From Camelus ferus (Eukaryota): a stretch of 64,000 bases of DNA. Below the pieces are notes generated by a model that was not told the origin of the DNA, searched no databases, and worked only from the letters and a program-made list of their open reading frames with translations. The stretch lies in NCBI RefSeq assembly GCF_009834535.1, contig NC_045697.1, positions 53,942,001-54,006,000 of the forward strand, read 5' to 3'. Numbering within the stretch: position 1 is the first letter of the stretch; each line of letters opens with the position of its first letter. Below are positions 1 through 13,168 of the stretch, piece by piece. Position numbers and translations under genes: made by a program.

Positions 1-270
1 AAAATAAAGTTAAAAAAGAGGAGAGGAATTGTTCATACTGTAGCTGCTCCACTTTGGAAAACATCTGTGAAGGACGTAGGCCTTTCAAGGGTCTTTCTGG
101 GCTGACCAAGAAAAAGAGGCCACAGGACTTGAAATCCTAAGGAGAACAGAGGACTGAAATAGAAGGTCTGCGGAAACCCCTAGAGAAGGGAACTTCCTGA
201 AGTCACTTGAAATAGATTTAAAAAGACTTAAAGATACCTTGATGGGAATCACTAAAAAATATTTAAATAT

Positions 271-379
271 GGAGGAAGATACAGCTCAGGATAGAGCACA
301 TGCTTAGCATGCACGAGGTCCTGGATTCAGTCCCCAGAACTCCCATTAAAAAAAAAAAAGTATGAAAATATGTATTTGA
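271..379 (+). mobile_element. tRNA-derived SINE (camelid Vic-1-like)
   Basis: Head 'tacagctcaggatagagcacatgcttagcatgcacgaggtcctggattcagtcccc' has A/B-box-like motifs and is followed by an A-rich tail. 'aaaaatatttaaat' is repeated on both flanks (TSD). Confidence 0.9.
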
Positions 380-1319
380 AAAAAATATTTAAATTTGTAT
401 TCTGCACCACCTTCTGGCATCTGACTCAGTTCACATTTGGCTCCTAGCAAGACTGGGTCCTTTTTGGTATCAGACTTGCCTGAAGCTCTTCCAGAACTTC
501 CCAAACATAAGGAAAAGTTACATTAAATATGCCACAGTAAACATTGCTGAACTCTTGAGTGTAACACAGCAGAGGCCTTGATGTAGCACTGAACTCCTGC
601 CTGAACAATTTAGTATATTATGTACTCTTAAAATAACTAACCTTGACTAGCACGTTTACTTAGAACTTCCTTTCCACATATACTATCTCATTTAAACTTC
701 ACAACCAACTTGTGAGTTAGATTCAACAAACGTTATAACAGCAGTTATATTTTCAATTGAAAAAAATCAATAAAAATCTAAATATCTAGATATTGCAGGG
801 TATTTTAAAATTTGGAAGTGTAATAATCTTTTGATTTGAAACCAGGTACCTGAACATTTTCTTCTGCACTAAGATGTCAACGTCAAGTTTTCATTTAGCT
901 TTTACATGTACCACAGAAGGCAGCCTTGCATGCATTCTTTAATAGGAATTCTATTGGTTTAAGTCTTTTAATAGGAAACAGATTTTCAAAATATAAGTAC
1001 TTCCAAAAAAAGAAAAGAATTCTGCTCAGCTTAAAAAATAATTATCTACTCCTGGGATAGTTAAAGAATTCTGGAATTTCGAAGTTGCTCTGCTTACTTT
1101 TTAACAACATTGATAGATGACATTTACTGAGCACTGCCAAGTCTGCTCTGAATGCTGCCTGTGTTTTACTTCACTTAATCCATCTAATAACCCCATGAGA
1201 CATTACTGTCATCTTTATTTTATTGAAGAGGTAAGTTTCTTTTGAGTAAATGCTTAGTCTTTCAGGGTTTTTCTTTCCTCTTCTTCTCTTTTCTTGGTAG
1301 CATCTTGGTACAGGGGTGT

Positions 1320-1635
1320 GCTGGGTCTCTCTGGCTGCCCTGACCCATTTTTCTTACACTCTACCCTGCTCTGTACTTTAAAAAGCTGACCTATGGAGAC
1401 TGCTCAGTTGGTTCCTTTCCTTGGTTTTGGCTGAGTGCAGACAAGGGAAGGCACACACAGAAGATCTGAGAGTAGGAAGATAGTAAGAGTTGAATTACTT
1501 AGTTTCATGACTCCCTCCATGCAGGGTTACCAGAGGTTGGCTCTGTACTTCTATTCATAGCAGTCAACAGTACCTATACAGCTATCCTATGTCGGTTCTA
1601 GTAACTTCAACTTTAATTTGTTCGTTCTGCCTTAG
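1320..1635 (+). mobile_element. Old ERVL LTR fragment (LTR33-like)
   Basis: Resembles the LTR33-like element at 42940-43393 ('ctaccctgctctgt...gctgacctatggagactg', 'ctccctccatgcagggttacc'). Family assigned from memory. Confidence 0.5.
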
Positions 1636-2654
1636 GGTATTACTCTGGACTGAACTATGTCTCCCCAAAACTCGTATGTTGAAGCCCTAACTCCCAATGT
1701 CTAACTGTATTGGAGACAAGTCCTGTAGAACCCAGGGGAAGTCCACGAAAACCAGGACAGAGCTGCTCCAGTGTCATTCTTAGTCTCCTGCTGGTCTGGG
1801 GGGACTGTAATAGGAATCCAGGCTGGCAGACTTGGAACAAATTGAGAAGAAGGATTCTACAAGATCAGTAGCAAGTGCTGTGAAAGGCATAAGACTGAAA
1901 GGTCAAGGGAACCTGAGGCACTAAGAGATTCTGGTGACCTGCTTAGGGCTAGCCCAGTGAAGAAGAAAAACCTAGAAACTCATACTTCCACAGTTAAGTC
2001 TGTTAAGCAGGAAGAACCCAGGGTTTAAAACCAGCTCAGAGGTTGCCCAGGTCTGAGGAGTCCAAGGAATGTACCTGATGGTGCTCTACCCTCTGATCCT
2101 TTAAAGAGTGCTGCGTTTGTTCCCTTCCTCCCTTTTGAATGGGTACCAACTTAGTTCTCTTTAGCAGCTGGAAGACATTCCTCCTAAACTTTTCTCTACT
2201 TGCTCTAAGAAAGCACCCCAAGGCAGTAGGACCTGGTTTCTTAGGTACTGGGGACAATCAGATCACTGCTTGGACTCTGCTTAGAGTAGGGATGGTAAGT
2301 AGCCTGCCTTCATGGCTTTCCCTTTCCCTCTCCCTTCTTATTCCCATGTCATACTGCTCTAGTTTTCCCAGAGTTTTACTAAGCCCACCTGCAGCTCCTG
2401 GCCATCTGGATGCTGTCCTCTGGATAGCCATAAAATACAATGGGGAGTGGAATCTGTTTGCCTCCCCTCCTCCACAGGATGTCATTGTGGGAATTAGGGA
2501 AGAGAAAGTGGCAAGCCAACCCTGTGTCTATCTCTACCTTCCACTCTTCCGTGTCTCTCATTCAAAAGGAGAGGAAGAGCCATTAAGGAATGGAGAAGAC
2601 TCTGTGTTACTTACCCATTTCTGAATAAATATTTGTGACCCTTAAAAAATGGAG

Positions 2655-4041
2655 GAAGGATAGTCTCCCCAATATATGGTACTGGGAAAACTGGATATCC
2701 ACATACAAAAAGAATAAATTAGACCCCTATCTTACACAATACACAAAAATCAACTCAAAATGGATTAAAGACTTGAATGGAAGGCCTGAGCCATAAAACT
2801 CCTAGGAGAAAACATAGGGGTAAGCTCCTTGACATTGGTCTTAGCAATGGTTTTTCGGATTTGGCAACAAAAACAAAAATAAAGAAATGGGACTATGTCA
2901 AACTAATAAAAGCTTCTGTACAGCAAAGGAAACCATCAATAAAATGCAAAGGTAACCTATGGAATGGAAGAATCATAACTCTGATAAGGGGTTAATACTA
3001 AAAATAAATTTAAAACACACAAAAGTCAACATCAAAAAATTAAAACATTCCAATTAAAAGTGGACAGAGGAACTGAACAGACATTTTTCCAAAAGAAGAT
3101 ACACAAACAGCCAACAGTTACGTGAAAAATTGCTCAATGTCACTATCATCAGGGAAAAGCAAGTCAAAACCACAATGATATATCAGCTCAAATCTATTAG
3201 AATGGCTACTATCAAAGAAACAAGAAATAGCATGTGTTAGAGAGGATATGGAGAAAAGGGAACTCTTGTGCACTGTTTAGTGGGAATGCAAATTGATGCA
3301 GCCATTATGAAAAACAGTATGAAGATTCCTCAAAAATCGAAAATACGATTGTGACTACCACATGATTCAGCAATTCCACTTCTGGGTATTTACCTGTAGG
3401 AAACGAAAACACTGTCTTGAAAAGATATCTGCACCCCCATGTTCATTGCAATATTATTTATAATAGCCAAAACCCGGAAACAACCTCAATGTCCAGCAAT
3501 GGAGGAATGGACAAAGAAAATATGATATAAAAAAGAAGGAAGTCTTGCCATTTGTGGCAACATGAATGGACCTTGAGGGCATTATGCTAAGTGAAGTAAG
3601 TCAGACAAAGAAAGATGAATACCATATGATCTCACTTATATGTGGAATCTAATTGAAACAAACAAACCCAAAACCAAAACCAAATAAACCAAGCTCATGG
3701 ATATGAGGTGGGTGGGTGGGTGGCTGGGGAGTGGGCAAAATTGGTGAAGGGGGTCAAAACGTACAAAATTCCAGTCATAAAATGAATAAGCCATGGGGAT
3801 GTAAGGTACAGCAAGGTGACTATAATTAATACTACTGTATTGGATATTTGAAAGGTGCTAAGAGAGTAAAGCTTAAAAGTTTTTATCACAAGAAAAAAAA
3901 TTGTAACTACGTGTGGTGGTGGATATTAACTCAACTTATTGTGACAATTGTTTCACAATATATACATATACCAAATCATTATGTTGTACACCTAAAACTA
4001 ATACAATGTTATATGTCAATTATATCTCAATTTTAAAAAAA
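2655..4041 (+). mobile_element. L1 3' fragment (end of ORF2 plus 3' UTR), degenerate
   Basis: L1 hallmarks 'aaaatcaactcaaaatggattaaagactt', 'ccagcaattccacttctgggtatttacc' and 'gacaaagaaagatgaataccatatgatctcacttatatgtggaatct'. Ends 'tgtcaattatatctcaattttaaaaaaa'. Confidence 0.92.
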
Positions 4042-4694
4042 TAGTAAGGTAGGCAGAAATGGAGAGACACACAAAGAGAAACCAGAGTCCATGAATTTTA
4101 AAAAGCCATAGAGTCAGAGTAGAAGACTAAAATGCTGTTAGTGGCACAACGGGTGATCAAAAATGAATCAAAGCTAACTCACCATAATGATGGCTTGATG
4201 AAGGGGAAAGAAATAAGGAATTCCTACTTCTAAGAGGCATTTGCTAGCATTGTTATTAAGTCAGTAAAACTTTTGAAACAATTGGAGCTCCTTTTACATC
4301 ATAAATTATTTTCCAGTTGTTTATTTTTCACGGCATTTGCTTAAAATGTGAATTAGGTACCTTACTGCTCCCTACAAGGAGTCCAACATGCTTCCCAACT
4401 GTGAATTTTTCTTTCTACTTTTTTTAATAGAATTTAATTTTAATCAATGTTCCATAGTATGTACACCTTGTATAAAGGAAAACTATGTATGTATTTATTT
4501 ATTTTTGTCTTTTTAAGGTATCACCCAACCTGCTCTATAGTCCCCTGACACTTGCTGTTCTCGTTGTGGTTACTTGTGTACCTGGCTATCCAAACTACTA
4601 TCTAGCTTTCCAAACTCACAGTCATCTCTTAGCAGTAACTCATCCTTAAAATAGCCTTCCTATTTTTTGAACCAAAATTGGGATACATATAATT

Positions 4695-4870
4695 TGAGTG
4701 CCCACCATCTGCCACACATGGTGGGGTGTCGCTGCAGGACCTTGCTTCAGACATGTAAGATCCCCTATCTATTAAACTATTGATGTCTCTGTCACTGACT
4801 CTGGGCTCTTTCTTCAGTCTTGAGGCTGGGCAAGTACAGGGCTTACAGGCCTGTGGGGTGTAGCCCAACA
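4695..4870 (+). mobile_element. 3' part of an ERV LTR
   Basis: Poly(A)-signal-like 'attaaa' followed by U5-like sequence ending 'tagcccaaca' (CA terminus), directly abutting the next L1. Confidence 0.5.
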
Positions 4871-4871
4871 G

Positions 4872-5595
4872 AAGGTTTCTCAAAAAACTAAAAACGGAAC
4901 TACTATATGGCCCAGCAATTCTACACCTGGTATATATCCCCCAAAACCCAAAAATACTAATTTGAAAAGATACATGCACCTCAATGTTCATAGCAGCATT
5001 ATTTACAATTGCCAAGATATGGAAGTAACTTAAGTATCCATCAACAGATGAACGGATAAAGAAGATGTGATATATATATATATACTACTCAGCCATAAAA
5101 AAAGAATGAAATGTCACCATTTGCAACAAAATGGATGGACTTGGAAGGTATTATGCTAATTGAAATAAGTCAGACAGAGAAAGACATATACTGTATGATA
5201 TCACTTATATGTGGAATCTAAAAAATAAAGCAAATATATAACAAAAGGAAACAGACTCACAGATCTAGGGAAAAAACTAGTGGTTCCCAGTGGGAAGAGG
5301 GAAGGGCAAGATGGGGATAGGGGATTAAGAGGTACAAACAATTATGTATAACAAAATAAGCTGCAAGGATACAACACAGGGAATATAGCAATATTTTATA
5401 ATATTAAGCTATAAATATATAAGCTATACATATAGTTTATATATATTAAGCAGTATGTTATAATAGGCAATATTTTATAGTAACTATAAATGGAGTATAA
5501 CCTTTAAAAATTGTAAATCATTAGATCGTACACCTATAACATATGATATTGTACATCAACTCTACTTCAATTTAAAAAAATAAATAATTAAAAAG
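4872..5595 (+). mobile_element. L1 3' fragment (cetartiodactyl-type 3' UTR)
   Basis: 'cccagcaattctacacctgg', 'atggatggacttggaaggtattatgctaattgaaataagtcagacagagaaagac'; ends 'tacatcaactctacttcaatttaaaaaaa'. Confidence 0.92.
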
Positions 5596-5699
5596 TTGTA
5601 TTGTTATCAATTGTGTTATAGCTTGTTTGAAGAAACTTACCTTCTAGTACAGTAGAAGTAGTAGATAGTGGAGTAAACGGTATTTTGACTCCTTTAATT

Positions 5700-6125
5700 G
5701 CTGGTGAGCTGGTAGATATTTAACAACCAGCTCTCCAGAAGGAAAAACCTTCTTTGTAGTGTTTGCCAATTTCTGTAATATAAATACTCCCATCGTGACC
5801 TATTTGAAGCTACCAATGTGATATCACATCACTGAACAGAGTTGAGAAGTACGTGGTAACACACAATTAAATAGTATTTTTATCATACAGGTGCAATAGA
5901 TGTAAATAACCTCAAGAACATAGATAATATTACAACTTAGTTGAAATAATTAGGAAGTGGTGAGTTTTGATATGTTTTACTTTATTTTTAATATAGTTGA
6001 CTTAACTATACCTTTATATAATCTAATTTTTAATAATTCCTGTGTTTAACAACCAAGTTGCAAAATTTGTGAAAATCTAAGTTGGCTCTTACAAGCCATT
6101 ATGAGCCAGTTCCAGCATACTACTG
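5700..6125. mobile_element. hAT DNA transposon relic (MER63-like)
   Basis: Ends 'gctggtagatatttaacaaccagctct' and 'gagccagttccagcatactactg' resemble MER63 termini as recalled. Confidence 0.6.
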
Positions 6126-6492
6126 CCCTTAACTGCCCCTCAGACACACAGCTCTGAGTCGCCATATTTGTATAGTTACAGTCTCTCCTGGCCACAGCTG
6201 CTGAGAGCAATGTAGAATTTAGAAGTGAATTAAGACCGAGAATCATTTTCTTTGTGTGACTGAAGCTATAACTAACACGTGAATATTTGAAGCTAATCAC
6301 TTTTTGACAATAATATGGACTGAGTAGCAGATAAGATTAATCTTTCAGTAAAGAATAAGAAATGCAGAGGGAAAAGCAGAAAAGGAAAACACACATCTTA
6401 GTTGTCTTACAGCATTCTAGTTTTTGGCTGCAGTTTTTTTCTGAGACATGATTGCATTTTATCCTTGGACTTGGGCAGGTAACCTTACCTCT

Positions 6493-6820
6493 TGTTAAAT
6501 GAATTAAACAAGGAGACCATCACACTGAGATGGCTCTAATGCCATGGCAACTGATGTAAGCAAACCAAAACCTAAGCCTGTAAATGCCTCAAGGTTATGA
6601 ATCAAACCGCTAAGGACAAACAGTCAACTAAGCTTTAAGCTATAGCCAGTCAAATATTTTCCTTTCTTTGTTTCTACGCTTTCTCTGTATAAGTCTTTCC
6701 CCTGACTCTTGTCAGCAGAGTTCTCCTAACCACTTCCGGTTTAGCACTCTCCACTTTGAATCCATTTTTGCTCAAATAAACTCTTAAAATATTTAATATG
6801 CTTCAGTTTATCTTTACACA
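6493..6820 (+). mobile_element. Solo ERV LTR
   Basis: TG...CA ends and AATAAA near 6775. Reverse-complement match to the split LTR at 9519-10934. Confidence 0.8.
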
Positions 6821-7582
6821 CTGGTGACAATGCAAAATGGTACAGCCACTCTGGAAGGCAATTTCTTACAAAATTAAGCATACTCTTACTGGGATCCAGC
6901 AATTGCCCTTCTTGGTTTTTAACCAGAGGGGCTGAAAATTTATGCCCACAGAAAACCTGCACATAGATGTTCATAATAGCTTTATTCATAATTACCAAAA
7001 TCTTAAAGCAACCAAGATATTCCTCAGCAGGTAAATAGATAAGTAAACTGTGGTACATTGAGACAACGGACTATCATTCGGCACTATAAAAAAATGAGCT
7101 ACTAAACATGAAAAGACATGGAGGAATCTTAAATGCATCTTAGTAAGTGAAAGAAGCTAACCCAAAAAGGCTGTATACTGTATGATTCTGAATACATGAC
7201 ATTCTGGAAAAGAAAACTACGGAGACAGTAAAAAGATGAGTGGTTGTCGGGGGTTGAAGGTGGGGGAAGAATGAAAAGGGGGATCACAGAGTATTCTTAG
7301 GGCAGTGAAACTACTCTGCGTGATACTATAATGATGGTTACATTACATTATACATTTGTCCAAACCCAAAGACTATACAACATCAAAGGTCTATTTAACA
7401 TAAACTATGGGCTTTGGGTGATTATGATGTGTCAGTATAGTTTCACTGATTATAAGAAATGTACCACTCTGGTGGAGAATGCTGATAGTGGGAAAGGCTA
7501 TGCTTCGGGGCAGGGGTTATATGGGAAATCTCTATACCTTCCTCTCAATTTTGCTGTGACCCTAAAACTACTCTAAAAAAAT
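6821..7582 (+). mobile_element. Old L1 3' fragment (L1MC-like)
   Basis: 'gcaaaatggtacagccactctggaaggc', 'gggcagtgaaactactctg', 'tacatttgtccaaaccc'; ends 'cctaaaactactctaaaaaaa'. Confidence 0.85.
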
Positions 7583-9002
7583 GAAGTCTTAAAATCATTA
7601 GGATACTTCTTATTTGGGTAAGTTTGGTTAAATTGTGCCAGACTTTCTAAAGCAGGTTTGAGGCCAAATTTCCAGGGACGTTTTAGACATTTTGTGGGCT
7701 AAGTGGAACACAGATGTGCAGCCACTACCTTTGTGCATGTGTGTCTAGGACATGGACACAAGCTGTGCTCCTGTACATCAATGCTTCCACCTAAACTGGC
7801 TCATTTGACCAGAACAATCAGCTCACATGCCAGTGCAAGCAAAGAAAGGTGTAATAAAAAGAGGGAAAGAATGAAAGGCATTTAAAAGCTGAGCAGTTAA
7901 ATTTACACCTAGTTAATAATTGTATTTGTTTTTCAAGGGCTACTTAGCCTTTTGGAGAAAGAAAAACAAGGCAGAAAACGGATTCAGCATTGGAATTGAT
8001 CTGTGCAGTATTTCTGTAGGTAATCTTATCTATCTTCCTTATCTCCCTATTAATCCTTAATTTTATCCAAAACCTAAGTAGCTGGATCTATTTCCTCAAC
8101 TTACTCCCCTTCTTGCCTCCTCAGGTTTTTTTCCACAAGTATTTATTATACATCTATTGCATGACAGGCACTGCCCAAGACATTGTTTTTTGTGCCAAAA
8201 CAAGGAGTTTGAACTTCATCCCCCAGATCGGGATTTCTCAAACTATAGTGTGTGTAAGATTCATAAGGAAAACTTATTGAAAATACAGATTCCAGGTATT
8301 GAACCCAGAAATCTGATTCAGGGCTTGTTTAAGTCTGGGAACCTGCCATATTAACAGGCATCTTAAATGACTGAAGTGATTGGATTTACATTTGAATATA
8401 ATAACTCTATCAACTTCTCTATGCATCTTGTAATTTGGTTTGTGATGAGCCTGCCTCTGGAAATTTTTATCTCTCTTTAGGAACTCTTGGATCAGGCTCT
8501 CTGATCTAATTGTGACTCTGCCACTTAGGAGCTATTGGTCAAATTAACCTCTTCCTAGTCTGCCTCTTAATCTGCAGGTATGTGGGTATCAGAATACCTG
8601 CTTCAGAGAGTTACTGCATGGATTTGTCAAGTAAAGCACGTGTGCCATCTGGCACATAGAAGAAGGTGCTTAAAAGATGGAAGTTTTATTGTTGCTGTTA
8701 TTGGTAGTAGTTTTACCACAACTTCATTTCCTAGAGAGAAGAGGAGCAGGACATACAGTTTTAGCCACAATAAGTGGTTGGGCTTCTGGGGCATGACTAG
8801 ACAGATGATTGCTTCAAAAGAAAGACGTGTTCTGCCTTCTTTCTGCCTATTCCTATTATTTAGAAATAAGGCTGAGATCATTATGTTAGCAATAATCATT
8901 TTATTTATTTTCCACGTATTTACTTATTAAATCCCAGGGTAGTGTGTTCTACCATTATTGCTGCTCTGAAATTTTCTTCTCATCGCTTAATTTAAAAGAA
9001 CA

Positions 9003-9150
9003 GGGGCAAGAAGGGTGAGGTTATAACTCAGTAGTAGAGCACCTGCTTAGCATGCACGAGGTCCTGGGTTCAATCTCCAGCGCCTCCATTAAAAAAATGA
9101 ATAAATAAGTAAATAAACCTAGTTACCTAACCCCCCAAAAAATAAAAATA
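9003..9150 (+). mobile_element. tRNA-derived SINE (Vic-1-like)
   Basis: 'ataactcagtagtagagcacctgcttagcatgcacgaggtcctgggttcaatctcc' plus A-rich tail; 'aaaagaac' on both flanks. Confidence 0.9.
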
Positions 9151-9735
9151 AAAGAACTAAAGTTATACCTAGCCCAGAGAAGGAAATAACATCTGCTCTT
9201 GACAAGCATCTAAAAGATGTCATTAATCGAAATAAGGAATATAGAAGAAGAATCAGGATTGTAAAGAATGTAAGTTCAGTTTAGGTCAATTTCTTCACCA
9301 CTTACATACACCTAGGGTCTTATATTCTTAAATGCTAAAATTTAATTGCATATATTATCTCATTGACTTCATAATCACCTTATGCAGAAGGTACATATGC
9401 AGAACATATAGGTGTGTTCTCAGGTTTACAAAACTTTTTAAGTGAAAATATGATGATTTAGCAGTCTTACGAAATGGAAGTAGGAAAAAAATCACTTAAA
9501 ATTGCTATTTCTCTCTTCTGTTAAAAGATAAACTGAGGCAAATTAAACATTTTGAGAGTTTATTTCAGCAAAAATCAATTCAAACTGTGCCTTGCCAAAC
9601 TGGAAGCAGTTGGAAACACTGCACTCACAGGAACTGGGGGAAAGACTTACAGAGAAGACTGACTGCAAAATAAGGAAATTATCTACTGGCTATAGCTTAA
9701 GGCCTAACTGGCTGTTTAGGATTGGTTGATCTTGG

Positions 9736-10679
9736 TTTTTTTTTTTTTTTAATCAAAAAAAATTGAGATATAGTTGATGTAAAATAGTATATATGTTACA
9801 GGTATAAAATATAGTGATTCACAGTTTTTAAAGTTATTATAAAATATTGGCTCTATCCCCTGTGTTGTATAATATATCCTTGCAGCTTATTTTGTTATAC
9901 ATAATTGTTTGTACCTCTTAATCCCCTATCCCCATCTCGCTCCTCCCCCCTTCCCACTAGGAACCACTAGTTTTTTCCCTAGATCTGTGAGTCTGTTTCC
10001 TTTTTGTTATATTCACTAGTTTGTTTTATTTTTTAGATTCCACGTACAGGTGGTATCATACAGTATTTGTCTTTCTCTGTCTGACTTATTTCACTTAGCA
10101 TAATATCTTCCAAGTCCATCCATGTTGTTGCAAATGGCAAAATTTTGTTATTTTTTATGGCTGAGCAGTATTCCCATGTACCTGTCTATCTATCTATACA
10201 CAGCACATCATCTTTACCCATTCATCTGTTGATGGACACTTAAGTTGATCCATATCTTGGCAATTGTAAGTAATGCTGCTATGAACATTGAGATGCATGT
10301 ATCTTTTCAAATTAGTGTTTCTGTGTTTTTTTTTGATATATACTAGGAGTGGAATTGCTGGGTCATATGGTAGTTCTATTTTTAGTTTTTTTGAGAAATT
10401 GTCATATTGTTTTCCACAGTGGCTTCACCAATTTACATTCCCACCAACAGTGTATGAGGTTCCTTTCCACATCCTCGCCAACATTTGTTATTTGTGGTCT
10501 GTTTGATGATAGCCATTCTGACAGGTATGAGATGATATCTCATTGTGGTTTTAATTTGCATTTCTCTCTTGATTAACAACGCTGAACATCTTTTTATGTG
10601 CCTGTTGGCCACTTTCACGTCATATACATGTCCTCTTTGGGAAAATGTCCATTCAGGTCTTCCGCCCATTTTTTAATCA

Positions 10680-10756
<77 letters not shown>

Positions 10757-10803
10757 GGGAGAGGGAGATGTTGAGTTGTATGAGCAGTTTATATATTTTG
10801 GAT
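9736..10803 (-). mobile_element. L1 3' fragment, 5'-truncated
   Basis: Poly-T at 9736, then antisense L1 3' UTR ('tttgtctttctctgtctgacttatttcacttagcataat') and the ORF2 C-terminus (ORF 10433-10669 '[23 protein letters not shown]'). Confidence 0.92.
10681..10767. repeat. (GT)n(GA)n microsatellite inside L1
   Basis: Read directly from the sequence. Confidence 0.97.
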
Positions 10804-11430
10804 ATTGGTTGTCCTTAGGTTTTCATTTGGTAACCTTGGTATTTATGGACTTAGGTTTTGGTTTGCTTATATAGGCTGACAGGGTATTTATAGCCACCTC
10901 AGTCTAATGGCCTCCTTGTTTAATTAATTTAACACAACTAAGGGAACAAGCAGAAAAATCACTAGATTAATTGTTCAGAAAAAAAACCAAAGTCACCCTC
11001 CCAACACCTTCCCTCTTTTCCCCAGAATTAGCTGAGCAATTGAAACCAGGAGGAATGCAGGAATTCTACCATTTATGTGGATTTGAGCCAAACTTGTTTG
11101 AATGACACAGGACAGACTACTTTAGTCGATAACTGGATTACACCTAAAAACAAATGCTTTCGAGGGAAACTGGGGAGCAGAGCAACAGAATTGCCGCTGA
11201 ACTGAAAGGCAGATGGGAAATCTTTTAAAATGCTCTGTCTTAAAAAAATCACTTTTAACTTTCCCTACAACCACATTGAACTACTCACATGAATGCAATT
11301 ATTTGCTCTTAAAGACACAGTCGTCCTTTAAGAAAACAGTTTTTGACATAAATGATTATTAAATTATACTCCAGTTTCATTAAATATTAACTTTGACAAT
11401 GTGATTTTTAAATTGATGTGTCGTATTCAC

Positions 11431-11800
11431 CTTATGGATGAGCTATTGGCTATGGTTCAGTTGCTCACGGTTCTGTCGCTCAAGCAGGAAGGATTTATTG
11501 CCGGGGTTTAGACGGCTTAAACTCTTTGTGATGGCAGGGCTAGGGCGCTTCTGGGACCGACTTCCACCCTCCAGAATCACACCGCCACACCTGCACTCCC
11601 GAAGCAGCACCGCCACTAGGAAGTCGTCAAACCGAGCGGCTGCGGCGGGCACAACAATACAGGCTCCGCCTGGGTTCGCAGCATCAAAACCAGCCGCTGT
11701 GGCGGGTCCTGTCCACGATCTCTTGACCCTGATTGGTGGAACCCAAACCCATCCGCCACCCTAACAGCGAGGACATCTGGGTAACGTAGTTTTTACTTTC
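11431..11800 (-). promoter_or_regulatory. CpG-rich promoter with candidate non-coding first exon of a leftward gene/lncRNA
   Basis: Only strongly CpG-enriched non-repeat stretch in the window. CCAAT on the minus strand (gattgg 11731-11736); ZNF143/SBS-like 'actacgttacccagatg' on the minus strand (~11774-11790); ETS-like 'ggaagt' at 11619 (+); minus-strand donor 'ataag|gtgaat' near 11431. Confidence 0.7.
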
Positions 11801-13150
11801 CAACCTCAAAGGCACATAAAGAAAAGAAGTAGATGGGAATGGAAATAGCACATTGTATTATAATTCACCTAACCATTCCTTAAATTTTAGGTTTTTAGGT
11901 TCTTAAGTATTTTTCTCTATGATAAATAAATAAAATAAATTCATAGAAGTAGAATCTCTGAGTCAGATGGTACAAGTACTTTTCAAGTTTTTTACAATTA
12001 TTGCAAAATTGCCCTTTTGAAAATTTATGTTTATACTCTTTTTAGCCATCCTTGTTCTATGTTGTCAATCATGATTAATGCATTTATTGTAGTTTTAAAA
12101 AGGAAAACGACACATCATTTAAAAACTTAGCATTTCTTTTGCTAGGAAGTTTGAACGTTTTAATTCTCACCATAGGGGAATTACAGTCAAGTCTTTAGAC
12201 TATTCATTTCCCCAGCAGTAATGCAGTAATGCATTCACACATCTCAGATGATGGGAAACAATGTTTCTTTTGTTCATCCATTTGTTTTATTATTTTTTGT
12301 TATTACTAGTTAAATAACTTTAAGATCTAGTGACCTTACTATGTTCCTCTATTGGAAAACAATTCTCTTTAGGCTTTCAAGTAAATACCAAGAAAAATTT
12401 CTTCTTTCACTCTCTGCAAAATTCAACTAGTTTAATTTTAAGTTTAGTTTAAGCCTGTAGGCCTTAACTAAAATTAAGATTATGTAACTTGATGATGATG
12501 CAACCAGTTTAGTTTAGGTGCATATCCTAGACTTGAATTGTAAATGTTTGAATATTTATCGGTATGGTTTTATGAGGTTTGTGGGTTACATGTACGTGGG
12601 TCCGGGCTCTGAACTTCTTGCCACTCACAGTAAGAGCCCTGTAAGGAAAGCAGCTCTGTGAGGAAGAGCTCTACAGCTCAGAGAGGTCTGAAAGGCCCAG
12701 GCTTTCAGCTGTCATTCCACTGGCTGGAATCCACTGATGAAGTCACTATCCTACTCTGATTTAATGCAGCTCGATGAATGCCCAGGGAACCCTCGGGCTG
12801 TCAGACAACAGTTCCCACATCTTTTTCTTCTATAGGAGCATGTACAGCATCCAGTCTCAAATGTTAAGAGAGTGATTGACTTTTGACTGTTCTTGGGGCT
12901 AAAGATCCTCTTTTTTATTCCCAGAATAAGCATAGGGAGATTTAGAGGAGGCATTAAGGACAAGGCTTGTTTTATTCATATTAGTGATTTAGAGAGGAAA
13001 GAACTTGTTTTAAGTTCACCTTTGAAACTAGAAACATTAATATTTGAACTCTGAAATATTGTTTACCAGATTAAGACAAGACCTCATACTTTATACTTAA
13101 GCAATTATCTTAAAAACCTGTGTTTACCACGAGACGATAAACTGTCATTA

Positions 13151-13168
13151 CTCTCCACCTAGTGGCAA
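13151..13168 (-). promoter_or_regulatory. CTCF-like motif
   Basis: Minus strand reads 'ttgccactaggtggagag', close to the CTCF core CCACYAGRKGGC. Confidence 0.55.

Larger units (their letters stand above)
9519..10934 (-). mobile_element. Solo ERV LTR split by an L1 (LTR halves 9519-9735 and 10804-10934)
   Basis: Both halves are reverse complements of the 6493-6820 LTR. Degenerate TSD 'attggttgatctt'/'attggttgtcctt' flanks the inserted L1. Confidence 0.8.

Noticed and set aside
2139..2624. 161-aa plus-strand ORF
   Set aside because: No recognisable homology or domain, low-complexity Leu/Ser content, and no supporting promoter or splice context.
10683..10874. RE-repeat ORF
   Set aside because: Translation of a (GA)n microsatellite inside an L1.
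11438..11764. 108-aa ORF over the CpG patch
   Set aside because: Open frames are expected in GC-rich promoter DNA, and the peptide is not recognisable.
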